A DNA stretch of 64,000 nt from Glycera tridactyla (taxonomy: Eukaryota): positions 95,604,001 through 95,668,000 of the forward strand of contig OZ286461.1 in the NCBI GenBank assembly GCA_965644265.1, in the 5' to 3' direction. Both the position numbers and the translations under genes were made by a program. Under the pieces are notes generated by a model. The model was not told where the DNA came from. It was given only the letters and a program-made list of their open reading frames with translations, and did no database searches. Positions 54,101 through 59,251 of the stretch are shown here, one piece after another (the first letter of the stretch is position 1; every line of letters starts with the position of its first letter).

Positions 54101-56157
54101 AACACAGCATATCTTAGTAGATATGTAATATATATACACCGATTATATAGTATTTATCAATTACTTCCTCAATTTACAAGTTGAACTTAGAGTAAATCAT
54201 CTTGTCTTCCTCATCGCTATAATAATTCATACAATCTGTCATATGAATTTTCTTCTATCAGCGGATGAAATGCACTGCAAATACTGGTCAATTCTGTGGT
54301 TTGACTGGGTATTCCATTCTCTGCATTTGCCACTACCTTCATCAAATCCATGGTACCATATCATCTTGATGACTTCACTGTTGATGCTCTCCTAGGCATG
54401 GTGTAGCTAAACTGATGGAACATAACACTGAAAACATTTCTGAACCAATTATCTGCCTATCAGTACTTATATCGGATCTGGGTGAACTGCACCTACCTGG
54501 TCCTGGTCTGTGGCTGTAACTGCAAGGAGACTGGTGCCAACTGCTGATGTTTCCGGCAGGTTGTCAACTCGGTACTCACTCTGTGAGAAGCGCGGCTGGT
54601 ACTCATTACGACGTACTGTCACATTTACAACAGTATTTGCATACTGAGTAGTGACCTCAAACTCTCGCTCTGCTTCCACATAAATCTGTGAATGAACACC
54701 ATAAGTGAGAACATCACAAATTGATTTCTTCTATATTCTGTAATCGGTGCAGAAATTGCATATTCATCAACAAGCTCAGCTTGATATGTGCCACAGCAAC
54801 ATTATGCATTATCATTAAATCCATGCTTAAAGATGATGGTTCTGACTAGCGACATAAAATAAGGAGTTCAGGATTCTGGATCACAAATGTGAATGAGATT
54901 ATGGTAATTCACAGCATAGTACCCTCAAGCGGTCCATCCTGCTTCACAAACCATCATCAAATATCCTGGCCTGCAGGATCGGCAGATAAGTGAAGAACCA
55001 CTGTTACCAGAGACCACTGCTTGTTCTCATCAGGGGCATATGCACTATGTCCAGAATAATGTTCATGAAGGTAATCGAATCAAATAGAGGCAGTTTTTTC
55101 TGATATCATCCATCAAAATAGTTCCCCAATAGCAGCCATGGAATTACAAATTTCCATCAATAGAATGGCAGTAATGACCCTGAATGTCTGAGAACAGTAC
55201 CGACACACTAATCACAAGAAAAGCAATACAGAAATGCCTCATACTCACCAAATAGTATGCACTTGCACTGGGGTCATTTTTGACTGGGTTCCTGATACGG
55301 ATGCTTCCTGATTCGGCTTCAATCGAGAAGTAATCCTGTGCAGTAACTGTGCCTGTTATGCTGTACCTTGTCCCATCCTGCAATGATTCAAGGAAAACAA
55401 ATTACTGTTGAAGTTCATGAAACAGTGTGTTTAAGATGAGAAGTTTTCAGAGGAACCATCAGACCTTCTTGTCAGTTCATCGCAAATACATTGTTACATT
55501 GTCACATGACCTGGTAGTTAGGAACAGATTGCATGCCTTGGTGAGTATCTCTGAGTATATATCAGCTGGATATTGTAGAGGCCCCAATCCATGTTGAGTA
55601 TGTAATCCTCAAAGCAATTGTTGGAACCAATTGGCCTCTTTGTATAGAACTGTGACCTGATAGAATTACTGCAAGGTATATACTTTGAAACTTGTTAATA
55701 GATAGCATCAGGCAGATACATGCCTTGAATTGTGATGAAAAAAAAAATGCTACACAACAGTATGAAAAGAGAATGAAAAGAGTAGCTTGATCAGCTACTC
55801 TCCATCAATGTTCACTGGGTGTCAGGAGGAATCCCTCCTGAGAGTATCTTATCTGGGTATCAAGTCGGTTGAATGGGTATTGGTTAGGCTTGGTTTGATT
55901 CAAAATCGAAAGGGAAAGATCTTGGAGCTGACATACAGTCATACAGTAAATTCTGACACATTCTAATAATGAATACATACACTTGGGGATGCTGTCACGC
56001 GTACCACCTCAGTATTTATCTCCTTATTCTCTGAGATTGTTGTAGCGTAGGAACTAGTTGAGAATCGTAATTCACCCCGATCACGGACCACCTCTACCTC
56101 CACAGTAGCCTCTCCTGTCTTTTGCGGGAAACCTTGATCAACTGCCTGAACTCGGAC
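61..56157 (-). CDS. Giant non-classical cadherin (Fat/Cdh23-like size class), partial: 55 exons, ~2,970 aa, ~28 EC repeats
   Basis: 55 segments bounded by AG/GT on the minus strand, each a multiple of 3 nt with no stops. They carry recurring cadherin motifs (PxF..Y...xE, AxDxD, Y.I...F.I...G.I, AxDxGxP). No signal peptide, TM or cytoplasmic part seen, so orthology cannot be assigned. Confidence 0.93.
878..1066 (-). CDS. Cadherin exon 54 (long)
   Basis: tccag|ATA..GGG|gtgagt; 189 nt; IRVLAYDDIYPEQTATATVEVQMQRNENRPVWANEGPLRVTIKETVPLGHIVTDEPRATDADG. Confidence 0.9.
1628..1750 (-). CDS. Cadherin exon 53 (short)
   Basis: ttcag|GGT..ATG|gtaagt; 123 nt; GTIKYQLIGDFPSPYFFHVDDMSGLITVQNDLKTDHAFSYM. 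Confidence 0.9.
2044..2229 (-). CDS. Cadherin exon 52 (long, gamma)
   Basis: tccag|TTT..CAG|gtaact; 186 nt; FTIAARDNRTPERSAEAVVTIKVNRNLYLPEFQGQPYFTILSENEVVGGSVFTARARDRDIQ. Confidence 0.9.
2928..3065 (-). CDS. Cadherin exon 51 (short)
   Basis: tacag|GAT..AGG|gtcagt; 138 nt; DTLTYEWNGDANEALAISYFFITPDTGVVHLKQSLMNDDLGTTQYR. Confidence 0.9.
3333..3472. mobile_element. Tc1/pogo-type MITE, left-truncated (same subfamily as 49933-50123)
   Basis: Shares 'aatgtcaccaaaaag(t/c)ggtctct...gactatgtcaaa...gcaggtttcactg|ta' with 49933-50123. Confidence 0.7.
3689..3871 (-). CDS. Cadherin exon 50 (long)
   Basis: ttcag|ATG..CAG|gtgagt; 183 nt; MRVTVLDSGNPTAIATSTVNIPVLRNVNAPVYNNNNYEATINENLNVGVDILAVTATDADQ. Confidence 0.9.
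4195..4317 (-). CDS. Cadherin exon 49 (short)
   Basis: tgtag|GGC..ATC|gtaagt; 123 nt; GQLQYGVIGDPPTPEYFEINRDTGVITIKKDLMEDWSPYYI. Confidence 0.9.
4706..4894 (-). CDS. Cadherin exon 48 (long, gamma)
   Basis: ttcag|TTG..AAG|gtaaaa; 189 nt; LNVEAVDSGIPSQSIMRELVINILRDEYEPEFVETPYNAPTVPEDRPVGSTVFTVSGRDMDQK. Confidence 0.9.
5807..5935 (-). CDS. Cadherin exon 47 (short)
   Basis: ttcag|GAC..AGG|gtaata; 129 nt; DTVEYYLRNEVEDEALQYFFLNVDTGVITTKRFLTESDTKEFR. Confidence 0.9.
6061..6324. repeat. Minisatellite, 6 x 44 bp
   Basis: Unit cttcaaaagtggccccctcctgatgaaagatgcatcataaatat, near-perfect copies. Confidence 0.95.
6446..6631 (-). CDS. Cadherin exon 46 (long)
   Basis: tgcag|CTG..GGG|gtaagt; 186 nt; LKVIAYDTTYPDNQATGTATITVIRNPNAPVFDPAGVYEATIDEKFDLGEVVMQVTATDQDG. 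Confidence 0.9.
6735..6887. other. Assembly gap
   Basis: N run. Confidence 1.
6962..7090 (-). CDS. Cadherin exon 45 (short)
   Basis: ttcag|GGT..CTT|gtaagt; 129 nt; GEIKYMIVGEYPAQDFFSVHEDSAEVRIKKSLVEDSLRAPTYL. Confidence 0.9.
7658..7855 (-). CDS. Cadherin exon 44 (long, gamma)
   Basis: tgaag|ATT..GTG|gtatgt; 198 nt; IDLQVSDQSAPEKTALTRVIVTISRDLEAPAFTNSPYTAEIEEDTAVDSVIGLSPGPLRATDGDLV. Confidence 0.88.
8859..9423. mobile_element. Non-autonomous DNA transposon (hAT-like CAG termini), CpG-rich
   Basis: 17-bp TIR cagtgtgtaaaattaac / gttaattttacacgctg (1 mismatch); subterminal ggcccg/actggcc motif clusters; flanks agacag / aaacat. Confidence 0.8.
10277..10432. repeat. Tandem duplication, 2 x ~82 bp
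   Basis: 'tctcaagataatatgaagt..cactgagttttaatca.agatctctacctca' occurs twice, 82 bp apart. Confidence 0.85.
11280..12520 (+). mobile_element. Decayed DIRS/Ngaro-like retroelement relic (RNase H end + tyrosine recombinase)
   Basis: Frame-broken motifs in the expected order: CLAYNITFFKSHI (~11.55k), NGVPSPDSHPQMSLILKAIHR (~11.7k), KEDISF (~11.93k), IQHPKSHSD...SCCHLLSQFILLQP (~12.06-12.17k), GIMDRSVKNL (~12.44k). Judged by eye only. Confidence 0.45.
14486..14611 (-). CDS. Cadherin exon 43 (short; not in ORF track)
   Basis: ttcag|GAT..GAT|gtatgt; 126 nt; DDVLSYSIIGSESSMEYYYVNPETGEITLKKLLTDGTSISDD. Confidence 0.88.
15155..15337 (-). CDS. Cadherin exon 42 (long)
   Basis: cacag|CTA..GAG|gtgaga; 183 nt; LPVTVYDTGRPQKTATATYTASISRNENTPQFNQPEYRVTINDLWDLGQHIVTVTATDQDE. 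Confidence 0.9.
15769..15897 (-). CDS. Cadherin exon 41 (short)
   Basis: tgtag|GGT..AAG|gttggt; 129 nt; GQLKYDLIPSVPATEIFYIHPDTGQIRLKSTELLQADAAFEYK. Confidence 0.9.
16654..16836 (-). CDS. Cadherin exon 40 (long, gamma)
   Basis: tgtag|TTT..CGG|gtaagt; 183 nt; FEVMVSDQGIPERTAKTWVMVIFIEDSMPTFDNLPEEQVVSENIVHDAVVYDVNARDNDQR. Confidence 0.9.
16878..17036. mobile_element. Tc1/pogo-type MITE
   Basis: TA|cagtcaaacctg...caggttcgactg|TA; internal ggtggtct(t/c)ta repeats. Confidence 0.85.
18280..20450 (+). mobile_element. Decayed DIRS/Ngaro-like retroelement relic, interrupted by a MITE
   Basis: TDALGYGG (~18.31k, RNase H-like); TDQCL...EHEFDA*FLHGNFLRFNQIV (~19.49-19.63k, YR box I-like); IIVDGVLL (~19.94k); HSNSRKIG...IRNSEFLLNIR (~20.33-20.44k, resembles the HSFRIG...GRWxSxAFxxYIR terminus). 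Judged by eye only. Confidence 0.5.
20090..20250. mobile_element. Tc1/pogo-type MITE (family of 16878-17036)
   Basis: cagtcagaccggtctataaagac...gagcagattagactg|ta; clearly similar to 16878-17036. Confidence 0.8.
20488..20686. mobile_element. CAGT-ended MITE with 6-bp target-site duplication
   Basis: CAGAAC|cagtgtcgg...ccgacactg|CAGAAC; internal gagaca(aa/tt)tgtc / tgtctcacatttt repeats. Confidence 0.8.
20712..20831 (-). CDS. Cadherin exon 39 (short)
   Basis: tgtag|GAT..AGG|gtgagt; 120 nt; DVMLYSIVESPPITDLFFLNPSTGVLSLKRVWPGEDTEYR. Confidence 0.88.
21411..21596 (-). CDS. Cadherin exon 38 (long, lacks AxDxG)
   Basis: ttcag|TTA..GGG|gtaagt; 186 nt; LMIKATYTGVSAHDAICYVDITVTRNEKSPQFTQGEYRYEILEYFPLGESILQVSANDEDEG. 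Confidence 0.9.
22141..22361. mobile_element. Tandemly duplicated partial Tc1/pogo-type MITE abutting the exon 37 donor
   Basis: Two copies of 'ttatatgaaggccacctg.atacagaggcca...caggtctga.t...ataatgatatgagtacttac'. Confidence 0.75.
22362..22490 (-). CDS. Cadherin exon 37 (short)
   Basis: tacag|ACT..AAG|gtaagt; 129 nt; TDIIYEVVGTSNAPDYFSVERQSGEVKIKADIRNDPSDVTFYK. Confidence 0.9.
22848..23024 (-). CDS. Cadherin exon 36 (long, second delta module)
   Basis: ggcag|GTA..GGG|gtaagt; 177 nt; VRVRATDDGAIPKTSTAVVEVRVVRDEGDLRFSQETYTAEVSENQNVGSTITTVRASPG. Confidence 0.9.
23551..23611 (-). repeat. Short interspersed repeat fragment (family 2)
   Basis: Reverse complement aligns with 37451-37512 (tgggg.ccct..ttc.gtta....gttagcga...ttag.tgcaa.tgaacagcctgcag); weaker pieces near 4981-5030 and 48320-48570. 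Confidence 0.65.
23978..24109 (-). CDS. Cadherin exon 35 (short)
   Basis: tgtag|GCT..GGT|gtaagt; 132 nt; APNNVVSYSIIGDGDAPAYYYVHPTDGVITLLQSVYESEHREFG. Confidence 0.9.
24205..24308 (+). mobile_element. Helentron-associated (HINE/DINE-1-like) element 3' end with (TACG)n microsatellite
   Basis: ~12 TACG units, then aaactataatacaccgcttttttcaaaagcggggtataaaaa containing the hairpin ccgctttt-ttc-aaaagcgg; related motif at ~57781-57810. Confidence 0.6.
24855..25040 (-). CDS. Cadherin exon 34 (long)
   Basis: tacag|TTG..GCT|gtaagt; 186 nt; LRILAQDGGTPPKTSTATLLIDVDRNLAQPRFSQDVYQAEIPEILPAGSTVSQVTATDEDTA. Confidence 0.9.
25770..25904 (-). CDS. Cadherin exon 33 (short)
   Basis: tccag|GAA..ACT|gtaagt; 135 nt; EPFNIVSYEMIGDDSGPSYFKLEDNGDIKVRAGVNLPADTETSYT. 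Confidence 0.9.
26545..26739 (-). CDS. Cadherin exon 32 (long, beta7)
   Basis: gacag|TTT..CGG|gtaagt; 195 nt; FEAMAYDLGGIHALNSSNRASLNIIVKRDQNAPQFQGTPYYKRIAQDQPEEQIFFTVQATDVDDR. Confidence 0.9.
27082..27219 (-). CDS. Cadherin exon 31 (short)
   Basis: tgcag|TCA..CAT|gtaagt; 138 nt; SPYNEVRYLLVGEAGILQYFMIDAVTGEISLKKSVLDDPNEPDNYH. Confidence 0.9.
27644..27829 (-). CDS. Cadherin exon 30 (long)
   Basis: tccag|ATT..AAG|gtaagt; 186 nt; IRIEAADGGTPPLKTMSLLQVHVNRNLNPPVFANTNYEKEILETQALGLPFTQVSASDSDTK. Confidence 0.9.
28874..29005 (-). CDS. Cadherin exon 29 (short)
   Basis: ttcag|ACT..CAG|gtagga; 132 nt; TPFNVIHYAIIGDDSAPTYFRVDPEKGEVKTQREINNDYETDYQ. Confidence 0.9.
29130..29291. other. Assembly gap
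   Basis: N run. Confidence 1.
29733..29924 (-). CDS. Cadherin exon 28 (long, beta6)
   Basis: tacag|ATA..GCG|gtgagt; 192 nt; ITVLARDMGVPESRLGQSSRVVVNVIRNTQTPQFIGTPYRKNVTEDISVDTLVYTVRAEDRDAA. Confidence 0.9.
30570..30887 (-). CDS. Cadherin exon 27 (fused long+short, 106 codons)
   Basis: tacag|CTA..ACG|gtaatg; 318 nt; LRVMVQDGGVPPCAVTSVATVNVNRNLFSPRFVQSEWTEEIMETHPLTEPILTVTAEDQDDK-VPHNTIRYEIEENSQYGDRFLLDPVSGQLFLRRTLVGETSIQYT. Confidence 0.9.
31342..31476 (-). CDS. Cadherin exon 26 (short)
   Basis: tgcag|AAT..CAG|gtgatt; 135 nt; NTPFRELSYSLLGDDQGPTFFSIEAETGIIRVKTDLRSDDEIQYQ. Confidence 0.9.
31994..32185 (-). CDS. Cadherin exon 25 (long, beta5)
   Basis: tccag|ATT..CAG|gtgagt; 192 nt; IVVSAHDLGFPELVSPDSATVTVRVQRNNNCPQLQGEPYVAAIDQTKAMNSEVIAIQAVDFDPQ. 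Confidence 0.9.
32365..32697. mobile_element. CAGT-ended MITE with 6-bp target-site duplication
   Basis: TGCAAT|cagtcttc...gaagactg|TGCAAT; subterminal cactctccc/gggagag repeats. Confidence 0.8.
32902..33039 (-). CDS. Cadherin exon 24 (short)
   Basis: ttcag|GCT..ACA|gtaagt; 138 nt; APYNEIRYQITASEKALEYFLINEMTGEIYIKKPLSEDDPEVSSYT. Confidence 0.9.
33407..33592 (-). CDS. Cadherin exon 23 (long)
   Basis: ttcag|ATT..AAG|gttagt; 186 nt; IRVMAEDGGDPMKTATATVAVNVNRNQFAPIFNPQRLDRNILEDHPLGVAIADVNATDEDTK. Confidence 0.9.
33978..34109 (-). CDS. Cadherin exon 22 (short)
   Basis: tgcag|GCC..ACG|gtaggt; 132 nt; APFNKVTYRIIGDNKASSLFRINSDSGDINLNTSLTADSDITYT. Confidence 0.9.
34859..35047 (-). CDS. Cadherin exon 21 (long, beta4)
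   Basis: tgaag|GTT..GAG|gtaaga; 189 nt; VRIQAYDGGDPARASTEAEVDISIGRNWFAPEFQRTPYQTTIRESLSVGSSVYSVTTNDRDAE. Confidence 0.9.
35648..35785 (-). CDS. Cadherin exon 20 (short, two Cys)
   Basis: ttcag|TCA..AGT|gtaagt; 138 nt; SPYNLLTYGITGTEAAMECFAINEISGDVVLRQSLLLEPCLEEAYS. Confidence 0.9.
36503..36688 (-). CDS. Cadherin exon 19 (long)
   Basis: ttcag|ATC..AAG|gtgggt; 186 nt; IRANVADRGIPARSNTTTVRVKVNRNFNDPVWQQSQYEANINEGITLGTSIVRVSATDADRK. Confidence 0.9.
37100..37231 (-). CDS. Cadherin exon 18 (short)
   Basis: ttcag|GGT..ACG|gtgaga; 132 nt; GPFDTLAYSIIGDDLAPTYFGISSVSGDISIKRNLEETSIEEFT. Confidence 0.9.
37451..37512 (+). repeat. Short interspersed repeat fragment (family 2)
   Basis: Matches the reverse complement of 23551-23611. 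Confidence 0.65.
37879..38073 (-). CDS. Cadherin exon 17 (long, beta3)
   Basis: tatag|GTC..GAG|gtatgc; 195 nt; VDVQATDGGTPPKNSPSQARVTIQVTRNMFTPSWEGNLPYETTVNENQDINTKIFEVQATDADPE. Confidence 0.9.
38563..38700 (-). CDS. Cadherin exon 16 (short)
   Basis: ttcag|GCA..AGT|gtaagt; 138 nt; APYNVFTFAITGTELGQEYFMIDKNTGQISVKKGLSLDPERRTTYS. Confidence 0.9.
39044..39229 (-). CDS. Cadherin exon 15 (long)
   Basis: tgtag|GTT..AAG|gtgtgt; 186 nt; VRIMAYDGGTPARSDTSVVSVKVQRNLNAPQFSPAEYEVNILETQQLGVPFTQVRATDEDQK. Confidence 0.9.
40105..40236 (-). CDS. Cadherin exon 14 (short)
   Basis: gacag|GAA..AGG|gtaatg; 132 nt; EPYRFIRYVVIGDDTAPVYFSVGELSGEVTLKASVNGDTETDYR. Confidence 0.9.
41013..41207 (-). CDS. Cadherin exon 13 (long, beta2)
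   Basis: ttcag|CCA..GCT|gttagt; 195 nt; PFSILATDLGKNPRTSREPARVTINVERNEHTPLFQQEPYFKEINRDAPTDTSIATVSATDQDEA. A second AG 8 nt further in is out of frame, so the acceptor is slightly less certain. Confidence 0.85.
41572..41715 (-). CDS. Cadherin exon 12 (short)
   Basis: ttcag|GAG..GGG|gtgagt; 144 nt; EPYNVVRYEIQENSDPKILEYFKVDPQTGILYLLKSLRLDSSGIKQYG. Confidence 0.9.
41892..42077 (-). CDS. Cadherin exon 11 (long)
   Basis: tgcag|CTT..AAG|gtatga; 186 nt; LRVLAKDGGVPAQTATATAKVEILRNFHDPVFNPRDYSQTILETYDIGVSILQVSADDEDTK. Confidence 0.9.
42543..42674 (-). CDS. Cadherin exon 10 (short)
   Basis: tgcag|GGT..ACG|gtaagt; 132 nt; GPFSQVNYSLIGDDAATTFFEIVYNQGQVRIKQDLSTENEDFYT. Confidence 0.9.
43266..43457 (-). 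CDS. Cadherin exon 9 (long, beta1)
   Basis: ttcag|GTG..CCT|gtaagt; 192 nt; VHVYATDTGYPPRNSTNTARVQVLVTRNRLSPVFTLSDYEASVEETRPVGSMVLDMIARDDDPP. Confidence 0.9.
43836..43964 (-). CDS. Cadherin exon 8 (short)
   Basis: ttcag|GAT..CGG|gtaaga; 129 nt; DSVIYTMSNTSSEAAEDFFYVNPTTGVLTLARSLAETSMADFR. Confidence 0.9.
44241..44263. repeat. Poly-C (23 nt; G-run on the sense strand)
   Basis: Directly visible homopolymer. Confidence 0.95.
44377..44559 (-). CDS. Cadherin exon 7 (long)
   Basis: tccag|CTC..CAG|gtatat; 183 nt; LTAIVYDDVNPDSFATANLTITVKRNENPPRFENSDRTITIPEIQAVGSTISTVTATDRDQ. Confidence 0.9.
44891..45043. other. Assembly gap
   Basis: N run. Confidence 1.
45151..45306. repeat. Minisatellite, ~3 x 53 bp
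   Basis: Unit tgaaattacaataaatatgaactactcgaattccaaaagccaata(t/c)(g/a)agtta(c/t). Confidence 0.92.
49933..50123. mobile_element. Tc1/pogo-type MITE with an internal G18 run
   Basis: TA|cagcgaaacatgcga...tcgcaggtttcactg|TA. Confidence 0.8.
50840..50962 (-). CDS. Cadherin exon 6 (short; not in ORF track)
   Basis: ttcag|GGA..ACG|gtaagt; 123 nt; GALKYEVIGTVPAPYFFEVRRDTGEVFISNDLMSDITFDYT. Confidence 0.9.
51475..51652. mobile_element. Related MITE (older copy)
   Basis: TIR tagtaaaacctcttt / aaagaggttttactg; internal gagactgc/gagatcacc repeats. Confidence 0.7.
51725..51910 (-). CDS. Cadherin exon 5 (long, gamma module)
   Basis: ttcag|TTT..ATG|gtgagc; 186 nt; FNIMASDNGSPRKNTTTLAYIRVKRDLQPPIFESIPYRVTIKETDPVGRMIFTLRGRDDDRM. 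Confidence 0.9.
52664..52786 (-). CDS. Cadherin exon 4 (short; not in ORF track)
   Basis: tgtag|GAT..AGA|gtaggt; 123 nt; DVIEYAIVEKLPETSFFYLHPYTGVLYLASMLTEEDRVDYR. Confidence 0.88.
54497..54685 (-). CDS. Cadherin exon 3 (long, lacks AxDxG)
   Basis: cacag|ATT..CAG|gtaggt; 189 nt; IYVEAEREFEVTTQYANTVVNVTVRRNEYQPRFSQSEYRVDNLPETSAVGTSLLAVTATDQDQ. Confidence 0.9.
55249..55377 (-). CDS. Cadherin exon 2 (short)
   Basis: tgcag|GAT..TTG|gtgagt; 129 nt; DGTRYSITGTVTAQDYFSIEAESGSIRIRNPVKNDPSASAYYL. Confidence 0.9.
55981..56157 (-). CDS. Cadherin exon 1 (long, delta module)
   Basis: tgcag|GTC..AGT|gtatgt; 177 nt; VRVQAVDQGFPQKTGEATVEVEVVRDRGELRFSTSSYATTISENKEINTEVVRVTASPS. Confidence 0.9.
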
Positions 56158-59100
56158 CTGCACAACGAATATTTTCAGGTGAGCATAAACATATCAGAAA
56201 TCCTTCATCTGAGTATTTGTAAAGAAAAAGATGCCAATAATCTCTCTTGGAGAATGCAAAAATTGCTGCAAATTAAATAAGAAATATAAGGTAAACAAAT
56301 GAGTGAATCTCACAATAGTCAACTGTCCCTATCCAAACATTACATTCCTTCATCGGAATGAAGGCATGATGATGATGCACATACATGCTGAAAGGTCACA
56401 TTCATGACCAGCAATCATACTGTTAACAAATCTGATGTCTGGCTGAAGACCTTGTGGACCAATTGTACACATCCTGTGGACAACCACTTGAATTGATCAT
56501 GTTGACAGTGGTTGACATCACTTAGTAGAACCAGTTATCTTGATTTTCAAATTGTTGGAATTTTTACATAAAAAATCCAGCTGGCAATTCCACAATGCAT
56601 GTGGAGGTTTGGCAATGTTTTGATAATTTTGAAGCAGCCAGACATGGCTTTGATTATTCCCATGGCAAACTTTGGCCACTGTTGCTTTACAGTACATACA
56701 ATGCCAGATCATTATGATCTGGAAATGACTAGAGAACAACAATGAGCTACTAAGTGAAATACTTGTTCCCTCAATCGATGAGTAAGGGTGAAAGCGATGA
56801 ACCCACCAGGTAACTATATATAAGCAATATCATGGAGACAGACACCGATTCAAAATGATGATAGATGAAATACCAAACTATTTCTGGTTTGTTAATATGG
56901 GCATTTCTCACTGGCTCCCCTCCAGTCATGGAAGGGGTAAAATAGGGGTCTGGGCATGTGCAGATGGCCTGATGATTCTATGTCTGTCGACGAGGCCTTA
57001 TCACCATCAATGGTAACCAATAGGGGTGATACTTTATATCTCATTTTCAATATTGATCCGTCACTCATGGGCCCTTCACAGCTTTCATACATATCAAATG
57101 GATAACCAGTCACCATTATGCAGAATATGGGAATAATTGCATGGGTGTGAACTAGGAAAATTTTGGTTAAAAATTAGCAATTTTTCTGGATGTCTGCTGT
57201 GAGTAATCATAGGCAGAGTGATAGCAGTTAGCCATCTCTGCCCCTCCTCCAGGCAGGACCCCTGTGATTTTGGTATGTGGTTATTACCTCACATCTCAGA
57301 TCACTGGTAAGTTAGTAAGAATGAAATCAGATAAGTGACTTTGATTATCACAACTTCCAGTTAAATACAGGTGCGAGTGGGTTGGGGTAAGAGACCGAAG
57401 TACAGTTTTACAACATGGGTTGTCCACTTCCTCACCAGGTGGTCATTGATCGAAGTGCCTTATCTGAGACCTCTGATTTTTGATCATAGTCCTGATTGCA
57501 TCATACTAACAGGAAATCACCCTGGTTGAAGAAACTAGTATTATTGATGCTGATTCTCTCCTTCATGACTAGAGAGGAGCTAGCGAGAAATGCCCGTATT
57601 GCATATCCCTGAGTAAAGGACTTCCAACATCGCAATCAAGACTCCCAAAATATTGAGCCAGCTTGCCTTCAAGCCACAAGCTTCCAAACAGGAGGCATAG
57701 GTATATCAGTGAAAGATACAAATGAGCATAGAGGGCTAACCCAAGAAAAAAGATGTGGTAAACTTAAAAACACTCCAATAAAAACTATAATACCCCGCCT
57801 TTTCAAAAAACTATGAATCTCCATTACTGTTTCAACTCCAGCTCCACCCCATTTGCTTTTCAAATACATTTCCCCTCACTATGCGCACAGCTTCATAAAG
57901 GACATAACTGAACAAAGAGGATCGAATGTAATGAATACCACCGATGCAGACATCCAGATTTCCAGATCAACATGCAGAATTGTCCTATACAGATAGCTCT
58001 CCTGATAGAGGGCTGGTGTTGGGTGTCCAAATCTATCAACAACACTGGACTAGTTCAATTTCTTCAGCAACTCTCAATTCATCATCCAACAACTGGATCA
58101 CCAAGGTGAACATGAGAATCACGGAACAGTTTCAAAAGGCCAAACCTACTATACCTACAAAATGCTGAAAAATTAGGGAGAAATTATCTGCTTGAGAAAT
58201 ATCTGGATGCCAAGGCACGTAAAAAATAATGAATATAAAATGCTCGAAGATGCCTGAAGCAGACTATGCCTATGATGCAAAAACCTCGAAAAAAATCAAA
58301 AAAAGAAGAATTGCAATTGCAGGGTCACAAAACAATCAACAAAACCATTGCTCACACATTCCCTGAACCAGGTTGCCAGTTTGGTGCAAGTGTTTTCTGA
58401 CCAGGATGACCCACTTCCAATTTGTTTTTGAAAAGCTTTGGATGAAGGACACTTAATGAGAGATTTTGTGTATGTCCCTCATGCATCAAACTGAATAGTC
58501 TGCTGGCCATGATCTTGCAACTGCAATCCTTTCAAACAATATGCAGATATAAATACAGTGTGCTGAAGATATGAATGTGATGTCATGTAACTGCAGATAT
58601 TTCTCACAGAGATTCTTTGCCTAGAAAATAAATCTATGACTTAGTCTCCTGCCAAAGATCCACAACTTTCTCACATGCCTTCAATCATCTGCTGAGTGGC
58701 AGAGCATACTCTTGTCCCCTTGCACAAAGCAGACAATATAGATACCATATACCAATATGATGAGCAAGAATAAAATAATTTCGCAAAAAATTGTATATTT
58801 TACTAGAGAGATTATCTCCCCTCATTCAAATGGAACATTCAGTAGAAAAAACACCAAAATGAGTAGGCCTGAATTTCAATTTTGGATACAAGGTTTTTCT
58901 AGTTTTCACTTTGAAAGAGGGCCATTTTATAAATACAATATCGATACAAAGATGTAATTTGTTATTTGTTTGAATGTTATCGTGCAATCCTTTGGGAGTT
59001 ATGTGATGTCCCTTGTGTGATATAGTCCAGGTAGCTGAAGAAAAATGACAGAATGATACATTAAAGCCTTAAATTATGTAACAGGGAGCAGATGGCTGCT

Positions 59101-59251
59101 CAAGGCTGGAAGCAAAAAAGATATGAATACATATGAATACAAGTGTTTTCTTGTCACTTATCTCATAAGCTTGGATCTACCTCAAGAGCAGATGTTTTAA
59201 TATTGCAAGAAGTGGTGCATGTAACCTTCTAATGATGGGTGAGTAAACATA

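Noticed and set aside
55560-55700. IGSNNCFEDYILNMDWGL, loosely like a short exon
   Set aside because: No in-frame acceptor, and exons 1 and 2 already join correctly.
61-56157. Assigning a gene symbol (fat, ds, CDH23, CELSR)
   Set aside because: Only EC repeats are visible, their linkers are non-canonical, and the diagnostic N- and C-terminal domains are outside the window.
56892-57116. ORF containing IDGDKASSTDIESSGHL
   Set aside because: Only superficial similarity to the IGD.KASS motif; no splice sites in the right phase.
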